Positions 29,620 through 38,617 of a DNA stretch of 64,000 nt are shown one piece after another; positions within the stretch are counted from its first letter, which is position 1, and each line of letters opens with the position of its first letter. Below the pieces are notes generated by a model. The model saw only the letters and a list, made by a program, of their open reading frames with translations. It was not told the DNA's origin and did not search any database. The stretch comes from Alphaproteobacteria bacterium (GTDB lineage: Bacteria > Pseudomonadota > Alphaproteobacteria > UBA828), in assembly GCA_965237415.1 (NCBI GenBank), contig CBDEFM010000002.1:3040001-3104000 (forward strand). The letters are read 5' to 3'. Both the position numbers and the translations under genes were made by a program.

Positions 29620-29721
29620 GTGAATATGCCGATATCGCCCGCGTGGCAGCCAGACGAATCAACGGCTTGAGCTGTCAACGCGGCATATTCTGAATGTCGG
29701 CATATTTGCCGAGCCCCTCCC
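29620..29721. repeat. RIT right inverted repeat
   Basis: Partner of 26177-26278. Confidence 0.9.
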
Positions 29722-29854
29722 TTCAGTTGCGGTAGGAATGCACGTAAAGGTTCGGTCGGGCCGGTATAGGCCGACGTTGGGCTCATCATCCATGTCGGGA
29801 TGAACTCTAAAATTGGGCTGGTAACGCGTTTTGCCATGGGCTATCGTTGAGCGC

Positions 29855-32392
29855 ATGGCGGTTCTCGACGAAGATATTGGCGCAGCGCTGACGCAGGCCG
29901 ATGGTGACGATGCAGGTTGGTCGTTCCCTGCGTCCGTGCTGGAGCAGCAGCCGCGCGACTGGCGTTCGCTGTACGAGCGGCAGCACGCCCGTGCGGAGCG
30001 GGAACGGGCGCGGGCGGACGCGGCCGAAGCACGCTGTGAAGAGCTGCGCCGGTCAGATGTGGATGCTCGTTCCCGGGCGGGTTCTTTCAAGTGGCAGCTC
30101 GACAGCTGTCGGGGCAAGCTGGAGGCGTCCCGCGTCGAGGTGAAGGAACTGCGTCGCGCGGTGAAGGCCGCGCAATCATCGAAGGCGGAAGTGACGCGGT
30201 TTGAGCAGCGGCCTTCGGAATCCCGCATCGAGGCCGCCAGGCAGCCCCCGGTTGTGTCGCTCACGGAGGTCAACCAGCTGCGCAAGGCTCTGAAGGTGGC
30301 GCAGGCCCGGGCGGCGAAGGCCGGGTTGCTGGAGTACGAGGTCCGTGAGTTGCGCAAGGATTTGCAGGGCGCGGAAACCCACAAGGAGACGATCGGATCG
30401 CAGAACCGCGAGATCGTTCGTCTTGTTGCGGAACTGAGGCGACTGCGCGACCAGAAGGACGCGGTGAAATCCTTGTCCGGCGAGGGCTACCGGCTGCGCG
30501 TTGCTCTGAACGTGTCCGAGGCCCAAAAGGACAAATTGAAGGCGCGGCTTACCAAGCTTCGCGCGACCGGGGCGACGCTGTCAAAGTTGTCGTGCGACGA
30601 GGCTGCTCAACTTCGTACAGCCCTGAGGAGATCTCGGCGCCAGAAGGCCACGATCACGTCGTTCGGCAAGGAGAACGCCCGGCTGCGCAGGACCGTGCGG
30701 AAGTTGGAGAGGCGGCAAGCGTCGCTGGAGGTTCAGCCTGCCAAACTTCGTGCAATCAGAAAGGCGCTTGAGTCCGAGCTTGCCGGGCTTCGAGCGGTCA
30801 GGAAGACGCTGTCGAAGTCGCTGTCCATTGCGGATGCCGACCTGCGCAGGGCATTGCGGAGATCGCGGCGCCAGAAGGCCACGATCAAATCGCTGTCCAG
30901 GGAGAACGCCCGGCTGCGCAAGGGCGCGAAGGCGTCGTGGAATCGGATCCAGACGCTGGAAGCGCAGCTTGCCAGGCTTCGCGCGACCGGGGCGGTGCTG
31001 TCGAAGGCGCTGTTCGGCCGAAAGAGCGAGAAGCAGGAGACGCCGCGTTCCGGACGCCCGCGCGGCCAGCAGCGCGGCGCCCCAGGCCATGGCCGTACCC
31101 GACGGCCCGGGCTCGAGGAGCGCGAGGAGGAGATCAACCCGCCGAAGGAGGCGCGTGTGTGCTCCTGTTGCGGCAAGCCCTATGCGGCGATCGGCGCCGA
31201 TATCTCCCCGCTCGTCGAGATCGACGTCAAGGCCCACAAGCGTGTGATCCGCCGTCCGCGCTGGCGCCGGGCCTGCGGCTGCGCGTCGTCGCCGATCGAA
31301 GTGTCGGCGCCCCCGGTGCCGCGGTTGTTCCGCAACACGCCCTACGGAATCAGCGTGTGGGCCTGCGTCCTGTTCGAACGCTATGCCTGCTACCGCCCGC
31401 TCAAGCGGGTCGCCGCGTGGCTGTCCGACCGGGGGCTGCCGATCTCTCCCGGCACGCTCGCCGACAGCATGCTCCGCTTCGTGCCACTGTTCGAGCCAGT
31501 CGCCGGGGCGATCCTCGCGCACCAGGACAAGGCGGCGCTGCGCCATGCCGACGAAACCAGCTGGCGCGTGCAAGAGCTTCGCGGGGAAGACCGGTCGAGC
31601 CGCGCCTGGCTGTGGACCTCGGTCAGCAGCGATGCCGTCTACTTCCATATCGACCCTTCGCGCAGCGCCGAAGCGGCGGAGAAGCTGTTCGCGGCGGCCC
31701 TCCTCCACACGGTCATCGTCTGCGACCGCTATAGCGCCTACAAGCGGCTCGCTCGCCTTCGCGGGGGGCTGGTGACCCTTGCGTTCTGCTGGTCTCATCA
31801 ACGGCGCGATTTTATCGAGTGCGCGGCCGGCCAGGTCAGCCTGACGGAATGGTGCCGGGGATGGATCGAGCGGATCGCGTCGATCTACCGCCTGAACGAG
31901 GCGCGGCTGGAGCATTACGGCGCCGGGCTTGAGCGCCAGACGCCGGCGTTCGACACGGCACAGGGCGCGCTGAAGGAGACGCTCGACGGCCTGTTCGCGC
32001 AGGCCGAACGGGAGCTCGCCGGCCTGCCCGACGAGGCGCGTGAGGGCAAGGCCCTGCGCTCGCTCATCAACCATCGCGAGGGGCTGAGCGTCTTCGTCGA
32101 CCGCCCGCTGACGCCGATGGACAACAATCTCGCCGAAAGGATGCTCAGAGGGCCAGCGATCGGAAGACGCCTGTCGTTCGGCTCCGACAGCGAGACCGGC
32201 GCCCGGTTCACGGCCATGATGTACTCGGTGGTGGGCACCCTCGCGTTGAACGGCATCGATGTCCTGCGCTGGCTTGAGGCGTGGCTGGAAGAATGCGCGA
32301 AGAATGGCCGTCGACCGCCGGACGACCTGTCGCCTTGGCTGCCATGGTCGATGAACGAGGAACACAGGCTCGCACTGACGGCGCCGGGATGA
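29855..32392 (+). CDS. IS66-family transposase (TnpC-like) with long N-terminal coiled coil
   Basis: LFGRKSEK, CSCCG zinc motif, HADETSW, CDRYSAY, CWSHQRRDF, DNNLAERMLR, LPW; start uncertain (29831 or 29855). Confidence 0.88.
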   Translation: MAVLDEDIGAALTQADGDDAGWSFPASVLEQQPRDWRSLYERQHARAERERARADAAEARCEELRRSDVDARSRAGSFKWQLDSCRGKLEASRVEVKELRRAVKAAQSSKAEVTRFEQRPSESRIEAARQPPVVSLTEVNQLRKALKVAQARAAKAGLLEYEVRELRKDLQGAETHKETIGSQNREIVRLVAELRRLRDQKDAVKSLSGEGYRLRVALNVSEAQKDKLKARLTKLRATGATLSKLSCDEAAQLRTALRRSRRQKATITSFGKENARLRRTVRKLERRQASLEVQPAKLRAIRKALESELAGLRAVRKTLSKSLSIADADLRRALRRSRRQKATIKSLSRENARLRKGAKASWNRIQTLEAQLARLRATGAVLSKALFGRKSEKQETPRSGRPRGQQRGAPGHGRTRRPGLEEREEEINPPKEARVCSCCGKPYAAIGADISPLVEIDVKAHKRVIRRPRWRRACGCASSPIEVSAPPVPRLFRNTPYGISVWACVLFERYACYRPLKRVAAWLSDRGLPISPGTLADSMLRFVPLFEPVAGAILAHQDKAALRHADETSWRVQELRGEDRSSRAWLWTSVSSDAVYFHIDPSRSAEAAEKLFAAALLHTVIVCDRYSAYKRLARLRGGLVTLAFCWSHQRRDFIECAAGQVSLTEWCRGWIERIASIYRLNEARLEHYGAGLERQTPAFDTAQGALKETLDGLFAQAERELAGLPDEAREGKALRSLINHREGLSVFVDRPLTPMDNNLAERMLRGPAIGRRLSFGSDSETGARFTAMMYSVVGTLALNGIDVLRWLEAWLEECAKNGRRPPDDLSPWLPWSMNEEHRLALTAPG

Positions 32393-33270
32393 CCGGCGCC
32401 GTCGAGTGCCGCTATTACGGCCGCGACTTCACCGCCGAAGAGATGGCGCTGCTGCGCGCCCTGATCGCCGACCCTCCGGCGCTGAACCGCCATCGCCTGT
32501 CGAAGGCGTTCTGCCGGCGCATCGGCTGGTTCAAGCCCGACGGCGGCCTCAAGGACATGATGGCCAGGGTCACCATGCTCGATATGCACCGCGACGGCCT
32601 CATCGTTCTGCCGCCGAAGCAGGGACGGCAGAACCGGCCCAAGCCCATCATCTTCGGACCGCACACCCAACCGCCGCTGTTCCCGACGCCGACAACCCTC
32701 GACGAGGTCCGTCCGCTCACCCTGCGGCCCGTCGTGCGCGGCACCCGGGAGGGCAAGCTGTGGAACGAGTTCATCGCCCGCTACCACTATCTCGGCTACA
32801 GGACCCTGGTCGGCGCCCAGATGCGCTACGCCGCCCACGACCGCAACGGCTGGCCCGTCGCCATGCTCGGCTTCTCCACCGCCGCCTGGAAGCTCGCCCC
32901 GCGCGACACCTTCATCGGGTGGACGCCGCAACTGCGCGAGAAGAACCTCCCCCTCGTGGTCGATAACCCGCGGTTCCTGATCCTGCCCTGGATCAATATC
33001 CCCAACCTGGGCTCGCACATCCTCGCCATCATCCGCCGGCGCCTGCCCGAGGACTGGACCGAGCGCTACAACACAACGCCCGTGCTCATCGAGACTTTCG
33101 TCGAGACGCCCCGCTACACCGGAGCCGTCTACAGAGCCTCCGGCTGGATCCATGTCGGAGCGACCAAGGGGCGCGGCCGATACGACCGGGACAAGCTGTA
33201 CGACAAGCCCAGGAAGGACATCTGGCTTCGGCCCCTGCGAAGAGATTGGAAGCGAACCCTCAATCGGTAA
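32389..33270 (+). CDS. DUF4338 (DruA-like) domain protein
   Basis: RYYGRDF, LKDMMAR, WNEFIARYHYLGY, RDTFIGW, NPRFLILPW, NLGSHIL, LIETFVE, YRASGW..VG.T.GRGR; ATGA overlap with the transposase. Confidence 0.85.
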   Translation: MTGAVECRYYGRDFTAEEMALLRALIADPPALNRHRLSKAFCRRIGWFKPDGGLKDMMARVTMLDMHRDGLIVLPPKQGRQNRPKPIIFGPHTQPPLFPTPTTLDEVRPLTLRPVVRGTREGKLWNEFIARYHYLGYRTLVGAQMRYAAHDRNGWPVAMLGFSTAAWKLAPRDTFIGWTPQLREKNLPLVVDNPRFLILPWINIPNLGSHILAIIRRRLPEDWTERYNTTPVLIETFVETPRYTGAVYRASGWIHVGATKGRGRYDRDKLYDKPRKDIWLRPLRRDWKRTLNR

Positions 33271-33419
33271 AATCCACCGACCCATACCGGCCCGACCGAA
33301 CCTTTACGAATGCACATTGCTGCGCACCCCCCGCGCAGATCCGGACATGGTCGCTGAACCATCCGGCTCCCCCTGCACCTGCTACGGCCGCCCCGCTGAC
33401 CGTCTCCCCGCCCAAGCCC

Positions 33420-33570
33420 TCCGCCCTGCTGGCCGCCGCCCGCACTCTGCTCCCCATTCCGAGATCGGCCGCGCCCTCGACGCCCCCACATTGCGCGAGG
33501 CGATGACAGGCCCCTTCGGCGCGAGCGACGCCCGGGGCGCCTGGCTCTGGAAGGACGCCTACGAGGCCGG
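33420..33570 (+). pseudogene. Strawberry-notch/methylase-helicase family N-terminal fragment (frameshifted)
   Basis: ALLAAARTLLP / GRALDAPTLREAMTGPFGASDARGAWLWKDAYEA. Confidence 0.55.
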
Positions 33571-34473
33571 CGGCGCTCATGACACAACACCGAAGCGCGG
33601 CAGGAGCGGCCGACGCCGACCATGCGCGCCAGCGCTGCGGCAGCGTTGACGCATCTGAAGAAGCGCATGAAACGCCGCCATGCAGATGGTTCCTGGCGTC
33701 TCGTCCGGGCGCTCAGCGCGACAGCAGCCCCGATCGCATCGTTGGGTTTATCAACCAGACCGCCCTTCGCCGCCGCCGCCGGCCCCGGCGCATCGCCAAC
33801 GGGAGCCACGCCGCAACGCCGATCCCCGCCGCACCCGCCGCCTGCATCTCCGGTCCGAGCGACGCTGCGAAGGCGCACCACACTATGCCGACCAGCGCCA
33901 GCAACACGAATGTTGTCCATGCAGCAGCCGGACGCGTCTTCCCCAGCAGGAGCCACGCCAGACCGAGCGGCACGCCGCCCACCGCCAGACACACCCATCC
34001 TTCAGCGCTCGACGCCGGCACCCCGCCGCCCATCCCCGCAGTGAGGACGGCCGCGGAGCCCGGAAGCCAGCCGACGACGAGCAGTACCGCAGCGGCCCTG
34101 GCAGCCACACTGCGTCCGTGCCCGTCTTCCTCCGACCGTCTCGAATCCCGATCCGGCGGATGGAGAATTGGTGCGAACGAGGTCTCGACGCCCATACAAT
34201 GACGGGGCACTGCCGCGCCCCGATCTCCCTTTTGACGGCGCAGGCTAAACCCGTTTCGGCGCTTTCGCCAGGAACTCGCAGGCGCCGCCCATGACAAGCA
34301 GCCCCGGCTCATTGCCCCGTTTGGAACAGTGCCGAGATGGCGCAGTGATCGGGGTGCGGTCCGTGACGCGGCAGCGCGCGCATCCGCATGGCCGTTCTGG
34401 CCACCGTCCCTGCCACCGTTCCCGTGCGAGGCGGGGGGCTCCCGTGAGGGGCAGGCCGGGCGGAGGCCGGAGC

Positions 34474-34660
34474 ATGACCACCATCCTGAAGATGAGGGAC
34501 GGGACGGATCTGCGCCGGAGGCTGGAGCTATGCGGCCCGGTCAGGATCGATCGCCGCAAGAGGTGCGGCAATCCCTGGGTCGCGGGACGCGGCGGGAGCC
34601 ACGCCCAGGTGATCGCGCGCTACTGCGTGGATCTGTGGCGCCGCGTCCGCGCAGGCGAGG
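34474..34660 (+). pseudogene. DUF4326-like protein fragment
   Basis: VRIDRRKRCGNPW..GR.G....VIARY..DLWRR.RAGE, truncated. Confidence 0.55.
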
Positions 34661-34675
34661 CAGCACGCCGGCGAT

Positions 34676-34924
34676 CTACGGCTTCGCCGGCTCCACGATG
34701 ATTCGCCCACGCCCGCGTCTGACCAGATAGCCGCCGCGCGGGATCGCCAGTGTGCCCTGCCGCACCATCGGCCACAGCGCGTCCACGATCAACGCTGCGC
34801 TCCCGTCTGCCTTCCCTTCAGTCGCTCCCTGTAGTGCCAGCCATTCGGCGAAGGCTTTCTCGCCGACCTGGTCGCCCACTGACTTCTTCAGTGCATTCAA
34901 CTTGCGCAGCTGCCCCTTGGTCAT
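34676..34924 (-). CDS. Small hypothetical protein, paralogue of 49447-49731
   Basis: TKGQLRKLNALKKSVGD...AFAEWL...IPRGGYLVRRGRGRIIVEP. Confidence 0.7.
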   Translation of the reverse strand: MTKGQLRKLNALKKSVGDQVGEKAFAEWLALQGATEGKADGSAALIVDALWPMVRQGTLAIPRGGYLVRRGRGRIIVEPAKP

Positions 34925-35061
34925 GGCCAAGAGCCCGCTCGGCTTTGGTGTGGTGATGTTCGATTACATCCCTGAGGGCCTCGACATCCGAGGCGTCGAG
35001 CGAGTGCACGCCAATCCGCTCGCTCGATGGGCTCTTGATCCCAACGACCCAACTCTGTCGG

Positions 35062-35778
35062 CTGATACGCGGCTCGGCCGAGTTCGACGATCTCGACGCC
35101 TATCGCGCCTTCATTGCCGAGGTCGTGGGCCGCGCCAACGCCCACCGCGCGAAGCGTATCAACGCCGAGCGTGCTCTCCTGCAGGACCTGCCGGCGATGC
35201 GCGCCGCCGACTACGAGGAGACCAGCGTGCTGGTCACTTCGTCGTCCGGCTTCACCCTGAAGCGGGTGTTCTACACCGTGCCCTCGCGCCTCATCGGCCA
35301 CCGCCTCGGCGTGCGCCTCTACGATGACCGCCTCGAGCTCTTCCTCAGCGGCACCCGCCACCTGACGCTGCCGCGCGGGCGGCCGAGCAAGACGGGCACC
35401 CATGTGCACGTCGTCAACTACCGCCACGTCATCCATTCCTTGAAGAGGAAGCCGATGGCGCTGCTGAACCTGGTCTACCGCGACGCCCTGTTCCCCCGCG
35501 ACGCTTATCGGCGCTGCTTCGAGGTGGCCCTGGAGCGGTTCACCGAGCGCGAGGCCTGCCGGCTCACGGTAACCCTCCTGGCGCTGGCCCATGAGGAGAA
35601 CTGCGAGGCCGAGCTGGCGGCGGCGATCGACGGCATCCTGGACGAGGGGCGGCTACCCGCCCCCAACGACCTCAAGGCGCGCTTCGCGCCGGACCCGGGC
35701 AAGATGCCCAGGATCGACGTCGCCAGGACGCATCTGGCCGGCTACGGGTCTCTGCTGAGCGCAGGAGGTGCGTCATGA
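35062..35778 (+). pseudogene. istA: IS21 transposase IstA, C-terminal part
   Basis: RGSAEFDDLDAYRAF, FYTVPSRLIG, NYRHVIHSLKRKP.AL. Confidence 0.85.
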
Positions 35779-36617
35779 CCGGCAGCGACGACCTCACGGC
35801 AACCGACCCCAACAAGGTCGATGCCATCAAGCTCTCCCTGATGCTCGCCGATCTCCGCCTGCCGACGATCAACCAGCTCTGGAAGAGCTTCGCCAAGCGC
35901 GCCGATGCCGAGGGCTGGACCGCCGCCCGCTTCCTCGCAGCCCTCGCCGAGCACGAGCTCGCCGAACGCGACCGAAGGCGCATCGAACGCCATCTCAGGG
36001 AGGCTAGGCTGCTGCCGGGCAAGAGCCTCGCCTCCTTCGACTTCAAGGCGGTGCCGATGCTCGCAAAGGCCCAGGTCATGGCGCTCGCCGCCGGTGACGG
36101 CTGGCTCAACCAGGGCGCCAACTGTCTCGTGTTTGGCCCGCCCGGCGCCGGCAAAAGCCATCTTGCCTCTGCCATCGGCCTCGCCCTGGTCGAGAACGGC
36201 TATCGCGTACTCTTCACCCGCACCACCGATCTGGTGCAGCGCCTGCAGGTGGCAAGGCGCGAGCTCGCCCTGGAAAGCCAGCTCGCAAGGCTCGACCGCT
36301 ACCATCTTCTGATCCTCGACGACCTCGCCTACGTGCAAAAGGATCAGGCCGAGACCAGCGTCCTCTTCGAGCTCATCTCGGCCCGCTACGAACGGCGCTC
36401 TCTTCTAATAACCGCGAACCAGCCCTTCGGAGAATGGAACAAGGTGTTCCCGGACGAGACCACTGCGGTGGCCGCCGTCGATCGCCTCGTCCACCACGCC
36501 ACAATCCTCGAGATGAACGTCGAGAGCTATCGCCGCCGCGCCGCGCTCGACAGACGAAAAAGGGGACCGGGGCGGCCCGCCAAGATCGCCACCGAGAAAA
36601 ACACCACCGAGGACTGA
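35775..36617 (+). CDS. istB: IS21 helper ATPase IstB
   Basis: GPPGAGKSHLA, LLILDDL, LFELISARYE, DRLVHH. Confidence 0.93.
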   Translation: MTGSDDLTATDPNKVDAIKLSLMLADLRLPTINQLWKSFAKRADAEGWTAARFLAALAEHELAERDRRRIERHLREARLLPGKSLASFDFKAVPMLAKAQVMALAAGDGWLNQGANCLVFGPPGAGKSHLASAIGLALVENGYRVLFTRTTDLVQRLQVARRELALESQLARLDRYHLLILDDLAYVQKDQAETSVLFELISARYERRSLLITANQPFGEWNKVFPDETTAVAAVDRLVHHATILEMNVESYRRRAALDRRKRGPGRPAKIATEKNTTED

Positions 36618-36911
36618 GCCACGCACGGGTGCCGCCCCGGCGGCGCTCACGCTCGCTCCCTGCGGCCCGTCGGCATCTCAGTCGGCGGGCCGCACTTTAC
36701 TCCACGCATCCCGGCCGCAATCCCCCACAGCGATATCGCACCGATCGATCATGCGGACGCTCCGCGACAATCTGTGTGTGTCGCGCCGCGACAATCAACG
36801 AGACGAAGGCCCTTGCAATGCCCGACGCTGCCCGCAATCATGCGCCCGCCGCTGGCGCCGGGAATCTCACCCTGATTGACGCGCGGCTCTCATCCAGATC
36901 GTCGCGCTATA

Positions 36912-36987
36912 GCGAGAGCTCTCAAAACGAAGGCGTTTCCCCGAACTTGCCCGCAAACGCAATAGTGAGGTGCAGTATGAAGCGTAG
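36912..36987 (+). pseudogene. Probable 3' tip of a y4bA-type serine recombinase gene or element end
   Basis: Ends ...SEVQYEA* (GAGGTGCAGTATGAAGCGTAG); GGTGCAGT also occurs at the boundary of the related element at 52101-52108. Confidence 0.4.
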
Positions 36988-37359
36988 TCCTGGAGCTCGG
37001 ACGAGCCGCGGAGGGCCTGACCCGGTCGCGTGGCCCCGCTCTTGCGGGCGTGATGGACCAGCAGGACGGCGGTCTCGAAACGGCGCTGGAGGCCGCGCAG
37101 GAAGCCGAGGATGGGTGCGATATCCGCGACGGCGTTCTCGTCGACGCCGTGGAGGCGGACCAGGGGGTCGAGGACCAGGAGGCGCGGCCTGATGCGCGCC
37201 ACGGTGTCCTGCAGGCCCTGGCGGTCGTTGCGGTGGTCGAGACGCAGGACGGGCACGTTGATGACGGCGATGTCGAGGGTCTCGAAGTCGGCGCCGGCGA
37301 CCCGGGCGATACCTTCGAGGCGGCTGCGCACGATATGGGCGGCGTCCTCGGCGGCGAAC
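36988..37359 (-). pseudogene. AAA_25/RecA-like ATPase internal fragment
   Basis: FAAEDA, RLLVLDPLVRLH, VLLVHHARK, ALRGSSEL; both ends cut. Confidence 0.75.
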
Positions 37360-37506
37360 TGGAGTTGCCCGGTTTCGTGGACGGTTATGGATTTGTGCGA
37401 GCGAGGGGTAGCTGGCTCCTCTCGTAGTTGACGGGTGACAGATAAGCGACATCGTGGACTCCTTTCTCCCAACTGATCAGGTGTCCACCAAAACGGGTCA
37501 AGTCCA
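37360..37506 (-). mobile_element. Internally deleted IS3-family miniature element (147 bp)
   Basis: TG...CA ends with imperfect IRs; inside, RBS-ATG abuts the OrfB terminus YLSPVNYE...*. Confidence 0.7.
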
Positions 37507-37707
37507 ATGGCATTGGACGTGCAAAGCCACACCGGTGCCGGACACGGCGAGCGGACGCCGAATCGGCTCACATATCGCAACGGCTACTGCGAGCGCAGCT
37601 GGGAGACCCACGCCGGTACGGTCGCCCTCAAGATTTCCAAGCTCAGGAAGGGGAGCTACTTCCCCTCCTTCCTGGAGCCCAGGCGGATGGCCGAGAAGGC
37701 GCTGGCC
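37507..37707 (+). pseudogene. IS256 transposase fragment
   Basis: GAGHGER...[38 protein letters not shown], similar to 5896-7092. Confidence 0.8.
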
Positions 37708-37719
37708 ATCCGATCCGCG

Positions 37720-38616
37720 CTATTCGGCAGCCTCCGATACCAGCGCCGTGGCTTCGCAAATCCTGATGAACTCCTCCCGCAGTTCCGGGTGGTGTTTCTT
37801 GAGGTAGCGGTTGATCACAGCTTTGCCGAGCAGCGACTGCACGTACCGTACCGCCAGAATCAGATTGAGGTGGTCCGGGCCGAAGGTCGCCTCGATTCGC
37901 TTGATGCTGCGTTGAAGGGTCGCCATCTCCCGCTCCATCCGCGCGAGTTCTTCCCGCGAAATCCCCTTGGGAGTCCTGAGCCCGGCGGCGTCGACCAACT
38001 GGTCCGGCGATGTCGATGCGACCAGGGCGTTGGCGTAGGGGACGGTGTAGTTGTTCATGGAGATCATCATCTCTGCCGCCTCGACCTGCCGCATCGGCTT
38101 CATCTTCTTGAGTGCCTGGATGGTGTTCATCGGACACTGCTTGTCCTTGAGGATCTCCGTCGCCTCCGGGCAGACTCCGTTCAGAAGATCCCGTTTGGCG
38201 CGAATGCTTGTAACGTTGACGTCCAAGGTCTCGGCAATCCGCTCCTCGGAAACACCGCGCTCGATGAGCTTCAGGATCATCCTGTGTTCCTGGATCGTCG
38301 CCAGGCGATTGACCTGCCTGTTGTAAGTGAAGGCCTCGTCGTCGGTCGAAAGCAGACAGGTCACTATGTCGATACCCAGCTCCTTCAGCACCTCTATCCT
38401 GAGGTGGCCCTCGAGCAGCAGATACTTGTCCTTCAACTTGGCATGCCGCGTCACGATGGGAGGCTGCGCGATGCCGATCTTTTGGATGGACGCCGCGATC
38501 TGCCGGTACTTCCGACTCTTTCTGACACTATCGGGCACCTGCTTTAGCGGGAGAATGTTGAGGACCGCGATCGTCACGCTCTCGGGCTCGAAACCCATCT
38601 GCACCTTACCGGTCAT
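37720..38616 (-). CDS. ParB/RepB-like partition-domain protein
   Basis: ASIQKIGIAQPPIV, LLEGHLR, DDEAFTYNRQVNRL..IQEH. Confidence 0.8.
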   Translation of the reverse strand: MTGKVQMGFEPESVTIAVLNILPLKQVPDSVRKSRKYRQIAASIQKIGIAQPPIVTRHAKLKDKYLLLEGHLRIEVLKELGIDIVTCLLSTDDEAFTYNRQVNRLATIQEHRMILKLIERGVSEERIAETLDVNVTSIRAKRDLLNGVCPEATEILKDKQCPMNTIQALKKMKPMRQVEAAEMMISMNNYTVPYANALVASTSPDQLVDAAGLRTPKGISREELARMEREMATLQRSIKRIEATFGPDHLNLILAVRYVQSLLGKAVINRYLKKHHPELREEFIRICEATALVSEAAE

Positions 38617-38617
38617 G

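Larger units (their letters stand above)
26177..29721 (-). mobile_element. RIT element (recombinases in trio) bounded by 102-bp inverted repeats
   Basis: Three translationally coupled tyrosine recombinases; IRs 26177-26278 and 29620-29721 with TATGCCG motifs. Confidence 0.88.
29744..33307 (+). mobile_element. Complete IS66-family element with a DUF4338 passenger gene
   Basis: Perfect 24-bp IR GTAAAGGTTCGGTCGGGCCGGTAT; 8-bp TSD GAATGCAC at 29736-29743 and 33308-33315. Confidence 0.92.
35062..36911 (+). mobile_element. IS21-family element, left part missing
   Basis: istA 3' part, istB, and subterminal CGCGACAATC repeats ending GTCGCGCTATA. Confidence 0.82.

Noticed and set aside
30581-32365. 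594-aa minus-strand ORF
   Set aside because: Antisense to the IS66 transposase
37507-38547. 346-aa plus-strand ORF as a full gene
   Set aside because: Only the first about 67 codons are IS256-like; the rest is antisense to the ParB-like gene
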